From Promethearchaeota archaeon (GTDB lineage: Archaea; Asgardarchaeota; Lokiarchaeia; Sigyniarchaeales; SOKP01), in NCBI GenBank assembly GCA_030603385.1, contig JAUVXW010000002.1:32001-96000 (forward strand): 64,000 nt of DNA, written 5' to 3'. A program made the translations under genes and the position numbers. Under the pieces are notes generated by a model. The model did not search any database and was not told the origin of the DNA. It saw nothing but the letters and a program-made list of their open reading frames with translations. Shown here piece after piece: positions 48,930-59,444 of this stretch (positions are counted from its first letter, which is position 1; every line of letters starts with the position of its first letter).

Positions 48930-49547
48930 CTAATTGTTTATATCTAAAATTATATTTACAATTCGGTTAATATATTTACTCTTTTGAATCTTACAAATGT
49001 GAGCAACCTTTCTATAATTAAAAGACTCTGCTAATGTATCTAGATAGGAAAGATTATATAAAATTGAGACGTTGTCATTATTCTTCATGAAAAGCATATC
49101 TAATTCTCGCTGAATTTTGTTGTCGCTAATCTTCTTCTTTTTTTTTACCCTTTTATTAATCTCAGTAAGAGCATCATCAAAGTCAATATCCCGTATACTT
49201 GAGATAAGAGAATTCAGCACTATAGCATATAAAACAACGATATCAATGTTATCCGTGTCCTTTAAATTGTGGAATTTGAGTTGTAGATCTTGGTAAATTT
49301 CATTGATATAATTCTCATCTATACCCTTAATTTTTTTGAAGAGATTTAAGAATTGTAGATATTTACCATCGAGAAATAAGTGCAGATTACGATTAAACAG
49401 ATCTTTAAATTTTCTTATAATTTGCCCCGAATTACTTATTTTTACAGAAACTTCAGGTGTTCTGCCAATAATTATATCCTGACCATCTTTGTAAAACTGT
49501 TGATTAATTAAATTATTCGTCGCATCATATAGCTGTTCCAAAATCAT
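48930..49547 (-). CDS. hypothetical protein
   Basis: 205-aa ATG ORF. Confidence 0.65.
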   Translation of the reverse strand: MILEQLYDATNNLINQQFYKDGQDIIIGRTPEVSVKISNSGQIIRKFKDLFNRNLHLFLDGKYLQFLNLFKKIKGIDENYINEIYQDLQLKFHNLKDTDNIDIVVLYAIVLNSLISSIRDIDFDDALTEINKRVKKKKKISDNKIQRELDMLFMKNNDNVSILYNLSYLDTLAESFNYRKVAHICKIQKSKYINRIVNIILDINN

Positions 49548-49991
49548 TCCGATCGCAAATCACCGATAAATAAAATTTTATGTCTGTTCTTAATACAGTT
49601 AGTAAAAATACAATGATTTAATTTTTTGCACTTTTACCTAATTCTTTTCTATTAGTGCTATTAAGGCTTAATAATATAAGAATAATATATTAATGAACTC
49701 CAATTTTTACTAATCGTATCCATAATTTCTAGCAGAAAATGGAAAATGAAATAATGAATCTGTTTATTCAATTTTTTAATCTTGTATAAATGGCTATAGA
49801 TAATTTTTTTTAAAGATGTGCTTTAATATGTTCTAAAAAACATGGAAAAAGAAATATAACCTTTTTATATCATTGTAACCTTTTAATATTGTTATTTTAA
49901 GAAAATATTCAATAAATAACATAATAAAATTATTTACTTTAATAATTTTCAAAATAAAAGAGTAAAATTATATAAAAAGGTTGAAAATAAA

Positions 49992-50423
49992 ATGGTTGAC
50001 GAATCATTATTAAAAGAAATAAAGGCTGCTCAGGATGGAGGCGCGTCCGCGGCTACACCTGATGTTATTGCGAAAATGTTGCAGTTTATGAAAGAAATCT
50101 CGGGGGAAAATGAAGATCTTAAAGAAGAACTTGAGGACATGGAAATTGCCATACAATTAGTCTTCACAGATGCAGACAAAAAGTTCTGGCTCACAGTTAA
50201 AGAAGGTGCTTTAGATTTTGGTGAAGGAGACGTTGAAAATCCTTCATTCACATTATCTTCCACGCTCGAAGTTGGAGCGGGCATTGTGATGGGTGAGGTA
50301 GATGCGACCTCCGCTTATATGGCAGGAGATATCACAGTTGAGGGAAATCTTCAGGATGCGATGGCCTTTCAAGAGATAATTGAACTCTCGCTTGAAGCTT
50401 ACGAAGACCTCATAGAAGATTAG
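49992..50423 (+). CDS. SCP2 sterol-binding domain protein (acidic)
   Basis: GEVDATSAYMAGDITVEGNL. Confidence 0.88.
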   Translation: MVDESLLKEIKAAQDGGASAATPDVIAKMLQFMKEISGENEDLKEELEDMEIAIQLVFTDADKKFWLTVKEGALDFGEGDVENPSFTLSSTLEVGAGIVMGEVDATSAYMAGDITVEGNLQDAMAFQEIIELSLEAYEDLIED

Positions 50424-50579
50424 AGCAAAGAAAAAGACCATCGTAGCAAATTTTTCTTTTTTTTTAAAATTTTAAATTTTAATTTTTTTATAAATAATAG
50501 TCTTAATGTTAAATCTCAAAGTATAATACAATCTAACAAAAAGAATTTATACTAAAACTTTAGTAAGTTTAATTTAGTA

Positions 50580-50689
50580 TGGCGCGGCTAGCGGGATTTG
50601 AACCCGCGTCGCAGGAGTGACAGTCCCGAATGCTTTCCGATAAATAAACAGAATTGTTATACTTAAAGACCGGGCTACACTATAGCCGC
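50580..50689 (-). tRNA. tRNA-Asp(GTC) with about 33-nt D-loop intron (50635-50667), CCA encoded
   Basis: GCGGCTA/TAGCCGC acceptor, CGGGA-CTGTCAC-TCCTG anticodon arm, GGTTCAAATCC; 77 nt after intron removal. Confidence 0.9.
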
Positions 50690-50846
50690 TAAAAATTTTA
50701 GTTATTTAACTAAAGGAATAAATGAGAATATAAAAATTTTATTCTGAATAGCTTGTTATTACATTGAATAGGAAGATTTATATTTCTTAAAGACGATGTG
50801 GATAATAAGGAATATTTAGGTATAACAGTATAATTTATTTAATATA

Positions 50847-51293
50847 TTGCCACAAGTATATATGCTTGATTCAAAGGGTTTTAGATCGGTTGTACACGAT
50901 TTAGAAAACAATACTGAGGAATTTATTACAGCGTTAGATAGGATTATAAGACATGGGGTAAGTATCATCAAGAATACTGGAGAACTCAGGGAAGAAATCA
51001 TAGATTACGATGATATCTATCAAATTTTAATAACTGATATAAATTTTAACTTTTGGTTTAAAGTATCTAATGGTACAATAATGTACAAAAAGGGGATTAA
51101 TAGAGGGGCTTCATTTAGAGTTAGATATAGAAAAGATATATTTATTAAAATTCTTAAACGGGAAATATATGGAACGGATGCTTATATGAAAGGAAAAATC
51201 AAAGTAGATGGAGATCTGACTCAGGGTTTAAGATTTATTAAGTTATTTAGGATGTTTATAAAATATATTAATAATGGGATAAAAAAGCTTTAG
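50847..51293 (+). CDS. SCP2 sterol-binding domain protein (basic)
   Basis: YGTDAYMKGKIKVDGDL. Confidence 0.82.
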   Translation: MPQVYMLDSKGFRSVVHDLENNTEEFITALDRIIRHGVSIIKNTGELREEIIDYDDIYQILITDINFNFWFKVSNGTIMYKKGINRGASFRVRYRKDIFIKILKREIYGTDAYMKGKIKVDGDLTQGLRFIKLFRMFIKYINNGIKKL

Positions 51294-51411
51294 AGCCCGA
51301 CTTTTTCTTTAAACAATTTATTTCTTGCTTATAGCAAACATTTTTTTGAAATAAAGTATGAAAATATTATAAGCTAGTAATTTTATTTTAAAGCATATTC
51401 TCCTAAAACTA

Positions 51412-51513
51412 GGGCCTGTAATCTAGCCTGGATAGGGTGCCCGGCTTCGGATTTCTCTGAAAGAAGAAAAAGAAGAAACTGGGATGTCGCAGGTTCGAAT
51501 CCTGCCTGGCCCA
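51412..51513 (+). tRNA. tRNA-Arg(TCG) with 27-nt 37/38 intron (51451-51477)
   Basis: CCCGG-CTTCGG^A-CTGGG, BHB helix CTTC/GAAG, GGTTCGAATCC; one U-U mismatch in the acceptor stem. Confidence 0.85.
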
Positions 51514-51534
51514 ATCATAAAATAATTAAATTTT

Positions 51535-52968
51535 TTAATATAACCTAATAGTGAAGGTAGAGCCTTTATTTCTTCCTTCAGACTCTACAAGTATTTGACC
51601 TCCATGTAGTTCTACAATTTCTTTTGAAATGTATAACCCTAGACCTGATCCTTCAATATCTACGCCTAAATCCATCCCGTATCTTTCCATTTTTCCAAAT
51701 TTCTCAAATAAAAGCTCTTTTTCTTTTTCGGTTATTCCAACACCTTTATCTTTTATTTGTATATCTATGTAATCATGATTTTCGACGAGGTTGACATAAA
51801 TTTTTCCGCTTATTGGTGTATTTTTCATAGCATTTGATAGAAGATTGGTAATTACTTGTTGAAGACGAATTTTATCTACATTAAATTCCAACTCATCCGG
51901 GAGATTTAAGTTCACAATAAGTTTACGACTATCCAATAAGTAACTCATTTCTTCAACACACTCTTTAGTAATTTTAACGAGATCATCCATCTTAATATTT
52001 AGTTCTAATTTACCAGATTCGATCCTTGAAGCATCTATTAAGTTTTCGACTAACTTTTTTAACCTTAAAGCACCCCTATGAAAAATCTCAATAAATTTTA
52101 ACACATCTTCATCAATTTTTCCATCAAAATGCTTTAAAAGAATTTGAGAAGCACCATATATGGAAGTTAATGGTGTTTTCAACTCATGGGATACTCTAGT
52201 AATAATGTCTTTTCTCATTTTATTAAGCTCTACTAATTTACGATTTTCTTCGAGGACGAGTCTTTCTACTTCTTTTTTTTCAGTGATGTCTAATGTAGCA
52301 ATCAAATTTGCTATTTTATCCTCAAAAGGAATAGTCTTAGAAATAATCTCCAGCCAAATAACTTCCCCTGTTTTTTTAGTGGCTCTAAACTGTATATCCG
52401 CTAAAATATCATTTTTTCCATAATATATATTTTCTGCGGTCTCCATAATCCTTTCTCTATCTTCTGGATGCATGAGTTTTAAAAATTCTTTAGATTTCCA
52501 TTTTAGAATCTCTTTAGGAGTATAACCTAAAGTATCAGAAAATTGTTGGTTAACATATTTGAATTTAAAATCTTCTAAAATTGCGATACCTATGAATGAC
52601 TGTTCTGTAATAGTTCTAAATTTATCTTCAGACTCAGAAATTTTTAACGTAGCAAGTCTTTGTTTAGTAATATCGTTTCCCACAGATAATATTCCAACTA
52701 AATTTCCTTTATCATCTTTTATTGCTTTATTTGTCCATGATATCCATACTTTCTTTCCATATTTTGTAATATTTTCATTTACATTATTCTTATATATTTC
52801 AGGATCTTTACAGATATCTTCCATTAATTTTTCTAAATCACGACCAGTAGTTTCCGTTTTAGGGACGATGGTACCTATAACATGTTCATAAGTTAGGTAC
52901 TTTGGCAGAAGAATTAAAAAATTCTTTAAAGGCTGAGGAGTAAACACTAATATAAGAGCTAATACCAA
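51535..52968 (-). CDS. PAS-domain sensor histidine kinase (apparently 5'-truncated)
   Basis: SHELKTPLT, NLLSNA, DKGVGI, GSGLGL; first PAS domain lacks its N-terminal half. Confidence 0.85.
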   Translation of the reverse strand: MVLALILVFTPQPLKNFLILLPKYLTYEHVIGTIVPKTETTGRDLEKLMEDICKDPEIYKNNVNENITKYGKKVWISWTNKAIKDDKGNLVGILSVGNDITKQRLATLKISESEDKFRTITEQSFIGIAILEDFKFKYVNQQFSDTLGYTPKEILKWKSKEFLKLMHPEDRERIMETAENIYYGKNDILADIQFRATKKTGEVIWLEIISKTIPFEDKIANLIATLDITEKKEVERLVLEENRKLVELNKMRKDIITRVSHELKTPLTSIYGASQILLKHFDGKIDEDVLKFIEIFHRGALRLKKLVENLIDASRIESGKLELNIKMDDLVKITKECVEEMSYLLDSRKLIVNLNLPDELEFNVDKIRLQQVITNLLSNAMKNTPISGKIYVNLVENHDYIDIQIKDKGVGITEKEKELLFEKFGKMERYGMDLGVDIEGSGLGLYISKEIVELHGGQILVESEGRNKGSTFTIRLY

Positions 52969-53208
52969 ATAATTTTATTAAATTTCTATTTTCTTTTTGT
53001 TTTTATTTTATCTTATTTTGATTTGTATCACGCAAACCCTAAACCATTCTGAATTTCTTGGGTTTATCTTTTTATAGATAAGCTCTTTTTTTTATTTAAT
53101 CTTAAGTGTAAAAAAGTATTTATATGTGTAAAATAGTATAAATATGTAAAAAATGAACAATTATTCATTAATTAATTTAATTGCACTCATTTATTGAAGG
53201 TGTAGAAC

Positions 53209-53949
53209 ATAACCGATTATAACCAGGATAAAGAAAGAATTTCTTTATATGTATCTAAAGATATTAAAGAAGAATGGCAAACTTTTGCTAAAAATAATGA
53301 TTATTCCACTTTATCGAAACTGATAAGGGAAGCTTTAAGATTCTTTATTCAATGTAGAGGATTAGATCTTTCAACTCTTTCTCATGATTTAAAAGAACCT
53401 TTAACCTCAATTAAAGGGTATTTACAATTAATTATTGAAACATATGGAAAATCAATAGAAAGTAATGTAATATCTACATTGAAAAATGTACTGAACCAAT
53501 GTTTGATCTTAGAGAATAAAATCGTAGAATATTTGGATAAATTTGAGACTGAAATGGAAGAAGAGAGTATAAATCAAAAGAGTGAATATGATATTCTTTT
53601 AGTGGAAGATGACCAGGAGACTGTTAACTTACTGACGAGTTATTTCGAGTCAATAAATATAATATGCAAGGGTGTTTTAAGTGGCTTTAAAGGGCTAAAA
53701 GAACTAAAAAGATATGCACCAAAACTGATTTTACTTGACATTATTCTTCCAGATATCAATGGATATGAGATATTAAAGAGAATAAGAGCAGAAGAAAAAT
53801 TAAAAGACATTCCTGTATTTTTTCTTACAGCTATACCAAGTGTAGAAGTAGAGAAAAAGTCATTAGATTTAGGAGCTACAGGTTCAATTTTAAAGCCTTT
53901 TAATTTAACTGATTTTGATGTGATTTATAAGTATTTGGAAAAAAAATAG
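53209..53949 (+). CDS. RHH-HisKA-REC response regulator, probable ATA start
   Basis: Frame open 90 codons upstream of TTG 53479: KERISLYVSKDIKEEW...LSKLIREAL (RHH), SHDLKEPLTSIKG (HisKA), VEDD/LLDIILP/KPF (REC); GAAGGTG SD. Confidence 0.82.
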   Translation: MTDYNQDKERISLYVSKDIKEEWQTFAKNNDYSTLSKLIREALRFFIQCRGLDLSTLSHDLKEPLTSIKGYLQLIIETYGKSIESNVISTLKNVLNQCLILENKIVEYLDKFETEMEEESINQKSEYDILLVEDDQETVNLLTSYFESINIICKGVLSGFKGLKELKRYAPKLILLDIILPDINGYEILKRIRAEEKLKDIPVFFLTAIPSVEVEKKSLDLGATGSILKPFNLTDFDVIYKYLEKK

Positions 53950-54242
53950 CAACATAATTATAACATATACTAAATTTTTTAGGTTTTTATTAGCATAACA
54001 AGCAAGAAAATAATTTTTTCTATATTAATAGAAAAATCCTTCTCGTTTCAATTCAAACAAAAGAAGAGTTTTAGGACTTTTTAATTTTGATTAATCTTTT
54101 ATCAACAACTTCGATTTGAAAGATAAAAGCATTATTTGTGGTCAAAAAAGCTAATTATTATCAAAAAAAGATTTAAATACTAGTAAAGTGATTATTTTAT
54201 TAGTACAAAAATGTAATCTAGCACAAATCTAATATAATTTAA

Positions 54243-54707
54243 ATGATAAATTCAGACGATAATTACCAAGATTTTAATTTGGAAAAGATGGTTCCAAGAG
54301 CAAAAGGGTTGATTGGGTTTCTAGTTCTAGATAAGACAGGTTTATTATATTTTTCAAAAGTTACAAAAAATAGAACAAGTTTAGCAAAAAATATTTTTCA
54401 AATTGCAGGGTTTATTTCGGCAATATTGATTTATTCACATGATCTTATTGGCGGTAAAGACGCAGGGATAAAACTTAAAGATATTAATCTTGGTGATTAC
54501 CATATGTTCTTTAAAACTAAGGGCAACTTAATTTTCACATACATAGTTGAAAAACATAAATGTACTGAAAATATTGAAAAATGCATGGAACTAGTAGTAG
54601 AGAAGTTCTTAAACACGTATTATTATTCTCATGTGGTAGAGTTTAAGGGCGATTTGAGTCCTTTCCATTGTTTTGAGATGGTAATTGATCAATATTTTGA
54701 GATGTAA
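54243..54707 (+). CDS. longin/Roadblock-like domain protein
   Basis: FLVLDKTGLLYF...IAGFISAI...IFTYIV...FKGDLSPF. Confidence 0.6.
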   Translation: MINSDDNYQDFNLEKMVPRAKGLIGFLVLDKTGLLYFSKVTKNRTSLAKNIFQIAGFISAILIYSHDLIGGKDAGIKLKDINLGDYHMFFKTKGNLIFTYIVEKHKCTENIEKCMELVVEKFLNTYYYSHVVEFKGDLSPFHCFEMVIDQYFEM

Positions 54708-54863
54708 CTTATTTTTGCAGAGATTTAGAATATTAAAATTAATAAAAAAAAATGTCTTTTAAATCATTTAACTTTAATTAAGTATAAATATTGTGAGATT
54801 TTGAATAGAAATAATAAATTTCACCAAAAATTATATATAAACAAACCAATAATTAATATCACA

Positions 54864-55220
54864 ATGACTGCAACTCTAGAAGTTGACTTAGTTCTAGATA
54901 GTTTAATTAAAGAGTTTGGTGAGAGTGGGCTATATTTCATACTGATTTGTACTGAAAATGGAGCAATAATTAAGTCGTATATTAACCAAGAATTTAATAA
55001 AACTTCAATAGGATTGAATATGTCTCAATTGTATGAATTAGCCGAAGAAATTACTTCGGAAATTGGAGTACATAATCCAGATTTTAATGTTATCCATTCT
55101 GATAACTTCTATATTCTTTCAATTAAAATTTTAGGGAAGATAATAATTACTTTGGTGGAAGACCAACTCGATTTCTCTCGAATATTTGATATTATAAATA
55201 GCTGTATCGATACAAACTAA
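54864..55220 (+). CDS. Roadblock/LC7-like domain protein
   Basis: ILICTENGAIIKS, alpha-beta2-alpha-beta3 pattern; ATG at 54864 preferred. Confidence 0.6.
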   Translation: MTATLEVDLVLDSLIKEFGESGLYFILICTENGAIIKSYINQEFNKTSIGLNMSQLYELAEEITSEIGVHNPDFNVIHSDNFYILSIKILGKIIITLVEDQLDFSRIFDIINSCIDTN

Positions 55221-55360
55221 TTTTTAAGGATCTTTTAGTATTTTTATCTTATTTTAAAGAGACACCTTTATAAAATTAAATTTTATATAAAATAAAACAA
55301 ATTTTTATAAATCTTTTTACAGAATTACTAAATTAAGAAAACATTGTAGGAAGATATGAA

Positions 55361-55843
55361 ATGAAGTATGAAAAAAACCAATATTCCGAATCCTTCTCAG
55401 TATGTACTTTAATTATTGCGGGAGCATTTTTATATTGGGGGATAAGTAGTTTAATACAATGGGATGGGTGGTTATGGTGGGGTTTTATTTCAACTGGAAT
55501 TGGTACAGCTATTCTTGTTTCACAAATCTTAGCGATAACTAATAGAAGCAAGTTAAGAAGCGTAGTTTTAGCTGATTTTCAGGAAAATCCGGAAGCAACA
55601 GTAGAACTTGTGAGTAAAAGTACAGGAATTACCGCAAAAGATATACAAGCAATTATTTTAGATCTGAAGGCATCAGGTCAATTAAGAGCAAAATTCAATT
55701 CAAAAACTGGTCAGGTTAAACATCTATTAACAGAAGAAAAAGAACCAACTCCAGGAGAACGAGCCAGTTATTGTTCTAATTGCGGCACTCCTATTACTAA
55801 AGAATCAGCTCAATATTGTGCATATTGTGGTGGGAAAATTTAA
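55361..55843 (+). CDS. membrane protein with wHTH and C-terminal zinc ribbon
   Basis: 2 TM, wHTH-like core, CSNCG...CAYCG. Confidence 0.75.
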   Translation: MKYEKNQYSESFSVCTLIIAGAFLYWGISSLIQWDGWLWWGFISTGIGTAILVSQILAITNRSKLRSVVLADFQENPEATVELVSKSTGITAKDIQAIILDLKASGQLRAKFNSKTGQVKHLLTEEKEPTPGERASYCSNCGTPITKESAQYCAYCGGKI

Positions 55844-55922
55844 ACACATTTTTTTTATTTTATCAACTATCTGAATAATTATTTGATGATGAGAAGAAAA
55901 TAAAAACTAATTTGATTTCATT

Positions 55923-56561
55923 CTATTTTATTTCAATTACTTTCTTATCTTCAGTTTCAGAAGTTTTTTTAGGGATTTTTAGTCTTAGTACCCCATTTTT
56001 AAAACTTGCATCAATCCCTTCTAAGTTAATCTCTTCCGGTAGGTGAAAGCTTCGAAAGAAGCTTGCTGATCTGAATTCTCTTCTCAAATAATCTCCTTCA
56101 ATCTTTTTTCCCTTCTCTTTTTTTTTATCCTTTTTGTCTTTATGTTTATCTTTTTTATCTTCTTTTTTTTCCTTATCTTCTTTTTTATCCTCTTTCTCCT
56201 CTTTATACTTTAGAGCTTTTTCACCAATGATTTCTAAAACACCGTCTTGAAGAGTAATATTGACATGTTTTTTGTCTAAACCTGGTAATTCAATAAGGAG
56301 ATTATAATAATTTTCATTTTCGATTATATTTGTCAAAGGAGTTCTATAAAAAGATTCAATTTCTAAAATTTCTAAAGATTCAGTAGGTCTAATTCTAAAT
56401 GAGCCCCATTCAGAAATTTCTATCATTGAATCCTTTGATTGATTTAGGGAAAAAACTTGTTTCTTTTTTAAGCCTAATTCTTGTTCCTTTTTTTCTTTTT
56501 CTATATCTAATTCAGTCTCTTTTTCTTCCTCCTCAAATGCATCTTTAACATTTTCATCCAT
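55923..56561 (-). CDS. Hsp20/alpha-crystallin small heat shock protein
   Basis: ELPGLDK, FFRSFHLP, ASFKNGVLRLKIPK. Confidence 0.92.
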   Translation of the reverse strand: MDENVKDAFEEEEKETELDIEKEKKEQELGLKKKQVFSLNQSKDSMIEISEWGSFRIRPTESLEILEIESFYRTPLTNIIENENYYNLLIELPGLDKKHVNITLQDGVLEIIGEKALKYKEEKEDKKEDKEKKEDKKDKHKDKKDKKKEKGKKIEGDYLRREFRSASFFRSFHLPEEINLEGIDASFKNGVLRLKIPKKTSETEDKKVIEIK

Positions 56562-56753
56562 CTTAATCAGATCTCCAAAAATTTACAGAATAACAAAAAA
56601 TAAATGAAAGTTATATAAAAAGTTTTGTCTAAAAAGAGGACGTAAAAAAAAAATATGAGAGATTAAACCACCAACTACTTTTGACATCTTTTAAGAAAAA
56701 TATAACAATTCTCTTAAAAAGAATTTTAAAAAAAATTGATTTATTTTTAATAT

Positions 56754-58175
56754 TTATTTTAGAGCACTCAACTTCTTTTCATGCAATTCTGTTAATTTTC
56801 TCCTATTTTCTGCTAATTTTTCTCCTTTTATCGGATAATAATACATTCCAATCCAAGAAATTATAAGAACAATAGCAGGATAAACACCCATTAAAATTTG
56901 GAGTCCTAATATTGTATTTACTCCCGGATTCGGTGTGTAATTATACCAATCTGTTGTACTAAAAACAATCATAATTAAGAAGAAATTAATAATCATTGAT
57001 ATTCTAATAAAGAAATTAAAAATTGCGTAGTATATGCCAGAACGTCGTGTTCCGTGAGTAATTTCATCCTCATCAATGATTTCTGCGATGCATTGATCAT
57101 AAAAGTATAATCCACCACCAAGACCAATCCCATTGAAAATTTGCACAATAAAAGCCATTTCAATACTAACTGAGAATGCAAAAATTATAATGGGAAATAT
57201 CCATACCGCTATTCCTATTAATCCTGCCATACGAGCTCCTTTGGAAATTCGTATTTTTTCCCATAATGGTGTAGAGATTGCTGCCACAATGAATTCTAAC
57301 GCAAGGAGAATGCCAATAATAATCGGATCTTCAATATCTAAAGCATGTGTCATAAAGAGAGGTGCTAATGTTGGTAAAATATTTATAACAATCCATGTCC
57401 CTAAAGCTGGTATCAAAAACCATTGAAATGATTTATTTTTAAAGGTATTTTTTAGGGTTATAGTAAAAGACATTGCCGTTTCAGCATCCTTAGACATATG
57501 CTTAGGTTCTTTTACACCCCATTTCAAGAGAACAAAATATGTCACAAGGATTATTATCGCAGCAATAATCCCTGTTAATTGATATTGTCCTAATGTATTT
57601 GGATCTGATATGGGGGGGTCTGTATCTGGAATAACACCTAGGATATTTTCAATAATGAGTGTAGGAATAAGAAACGCAAAAATCAGTGCAACCATAACGA
57701 AGCTTATCCGAACTTTTCCAACTGAACTGCGAGCTTTCACTGTAACGTACATTTCAGAAAAAACAGCATTATAATTTAAGTTAAAAGCTGTATAAGTTGT
57801 ATCAAATAAGATAAGGATAAGAATAAAATATAAAAAGTTGATTGTGGGTGAGTTAAGATCAACTGGAGGTGTAAAAAGTAGTATCATTGTAATAGCTAAG
57901 GGTATAGTAGCGGCTGCCATCCAAGGTATTCTTCGTCCCCATTTAGTTTTTGTTCGATCAGAAAGATATCCTATTAGTGGATCATTAATACCATTCCATA
58001 AACTCCACAAAATAAAACCTCCGCCAATCAATAGTATAGGAACTCCTACAATTGCAAAATAGAAAGTGAAAATTAGAAATGTAAATGTTTGCATAGCTGT
58101 ATTATCTCCTATTTCTCCGAACGCAAAAGCAATTTTCTTTTTTAGTGAGATATTTCGAGATTCGTTATCACTCAT
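56754..58175 (-). CDS. MFS transporter (GPH family)
   Basis: NDPLIGYLSDRTKTKWGRRIPW, RRSGIY; ATG at 58175 preferred. Confidence 0.9.
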   Translation of the reverse strand: MSDNESRNISLKKKIAFAFGEIGDNTAMQTFTFLIFTFYFAIVGVPILLIGGGFILWSLWNGINDPLIGYLSDRTKTKWGRRIPWMAAATIPLAITMILLFTPPVDLNSPTINFLYFILILILFDTTYTAFNLNYNAVFSEMYVTVKARSSVGKVRISFVMVALIFAFLIPTLIIENILGVIPDTDPPISDPNTLGQYQLTGIIAAIIILVTYFVLLKWGVKEPKHMSKDAETAMSFTITLKNTFKNKSFQWFLIPALGTWIVINILPTLAPLFMTHALDIEDPIIIGILLALEFIVAAISTPLWEKIRISKGARMAGLIGIAVWIFPIIIFAFSVSIEMAFIVQIFNGIGLGGGLYFYDQCIAEIIDEDEITHGTRRSGIYYAIFNFFIRISMIINFFLIMIVFSTTDWYNYTPNPGVNTILGLQILMGVYPAIVLIISWIGMYYYPIKGEKLAENRRKLTELHEKKLSALK

Positions 58176-58330
58176 AAAATCAATCTTTTTTTTAATTAAT
58201 GAGATATGATTAAACATTTGCTCTATTTCTATAAAAATATATCTTAGAAAAAACATAAAATAGTATAATTTAGAATTTAGATCAATTATTTAGAAAAATT
58301 ACAATTATAAAGATTCATAAGTGAGATCTA

Positions 58331-59353
58331 ATGGAAAACACTTTTACTGCTGGAGTAATCGGTGCCGGCAGAATGGGAAAGATACACATTGAAAATATTA
58401 TACACAATATTCCAAATTTAAAGTTAAAATTGGTTGCTGATATTAAGATAGATGATAATTTAGAAAAATGGGCTTATGAAATAGGTGTTCCAAAACTCAC
58501 TCAAGATCCAATTGAAATTCTAAATGACTCTGAGATAAATGTAGTAATAATTGCCTCATCCACAGATACTCATACCAAATTCATACAAGAAGCTGCGCAA
58601 GCAAAAAAGGATATTTTTTGTGAGAAACCTATTGACACAGACCTGAAACGTATCAAAGAAACCCTTGAAATTGTTAAAAAGGAAGGCGTAAAACTTATGA
58701 TTGGATTTAATAGGCGATTTGACAGAAATTTCAAAAGAGTAAGGGAGATGGTTACTTCAGGTCAAATAGGGACCCCTTACATTATTAAAGTTACTGCTCG
58801 TGATCCTGCTCCCCCTTCCATTGAATATATTAAGACATCTGGAGGGATGCTTTTTGATATGACAATTCACGATTGGGATATGGCCCGTTTTCAAGTAGGA
58901 AGTGAAATTGAAGAAGTTTATACAAGCGGTGCTGTTCTTGTAGATCCTGAAATAGGTAAAGCAGGAGATATAGATACTGCTGTGGTAATTTTGAAATTTA
59001 AAAATGGTGTAATTGGAATGATTGATAATTCTCGTCAAGCAGTATATGGATATGACCAGCGTGTTGAAGTATTTGGTTCAAAAGGATGTGTAATTGCGGA
59101 CAATGAACCATCGAATACAGTACGTTTATATACCGCTGAAAAGATAAAAGAGGATAACATCCCATACTTTTTCTTACAAAGATATATGGATTCTTACGCT
59201 GCAGAATTACAAGACTTCCTCGAATGTTTGCGAAATAACAAAGAACCATCACCAAATGGAGAAGATGGCTTTCAAAATGTTGTAATAGCAATAGCTGCCC
59301 AAAAATCATATGAAGAGAATCGTCCTGTCAAGATTTCTGAAATTGTCATATAA
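58331..59353 (+). CDS. iolG: inositol 2-dehydrogenase (Gfo/Idh/MocA)
   Basis: GAGRMG, CEKP, GFNRRFD, DMTIHD, YGYDQRVE. Confidence 0.9.
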   Translation: MENTFTAGVIGAGRMGKIHIENIIHNIPNLKLKLVADIKIDDNLEKWAYEIGVPKLTQDPIEILNDSEINVVIIASSTDTHTKFIQEAAQAKKDIFCEKPIDTDLKRIKETLEIVKKEGVKLMIGFNRRFDRNFKRVREMVTSGQIGTPYIIKVTARDPAPPSIEYIKTSGGMLFDMTIHDWDMARFQVGSEIEEVYTSGAVLVDPEIGKAGDIDTAVVILKFKNGVIGMIDNSRQAVYGYDQRVEVFGSKGCVIADNEPSNTVRLYTAEKIKEDNIPYFFLQRYMDSYAAELQDFLECLRNNKEPSPNGEDGFQNVVIAIAAQKSYEENRPVKISEIVI

Positions 59354-59444
59354 CATTTAAAACGAACTTATAGAATTTTAAGCAAAATTTTTAATTTCAT
59401 AATAAATAGATGATACAAGTAAAAGACTAATGGGTTGATGACAT

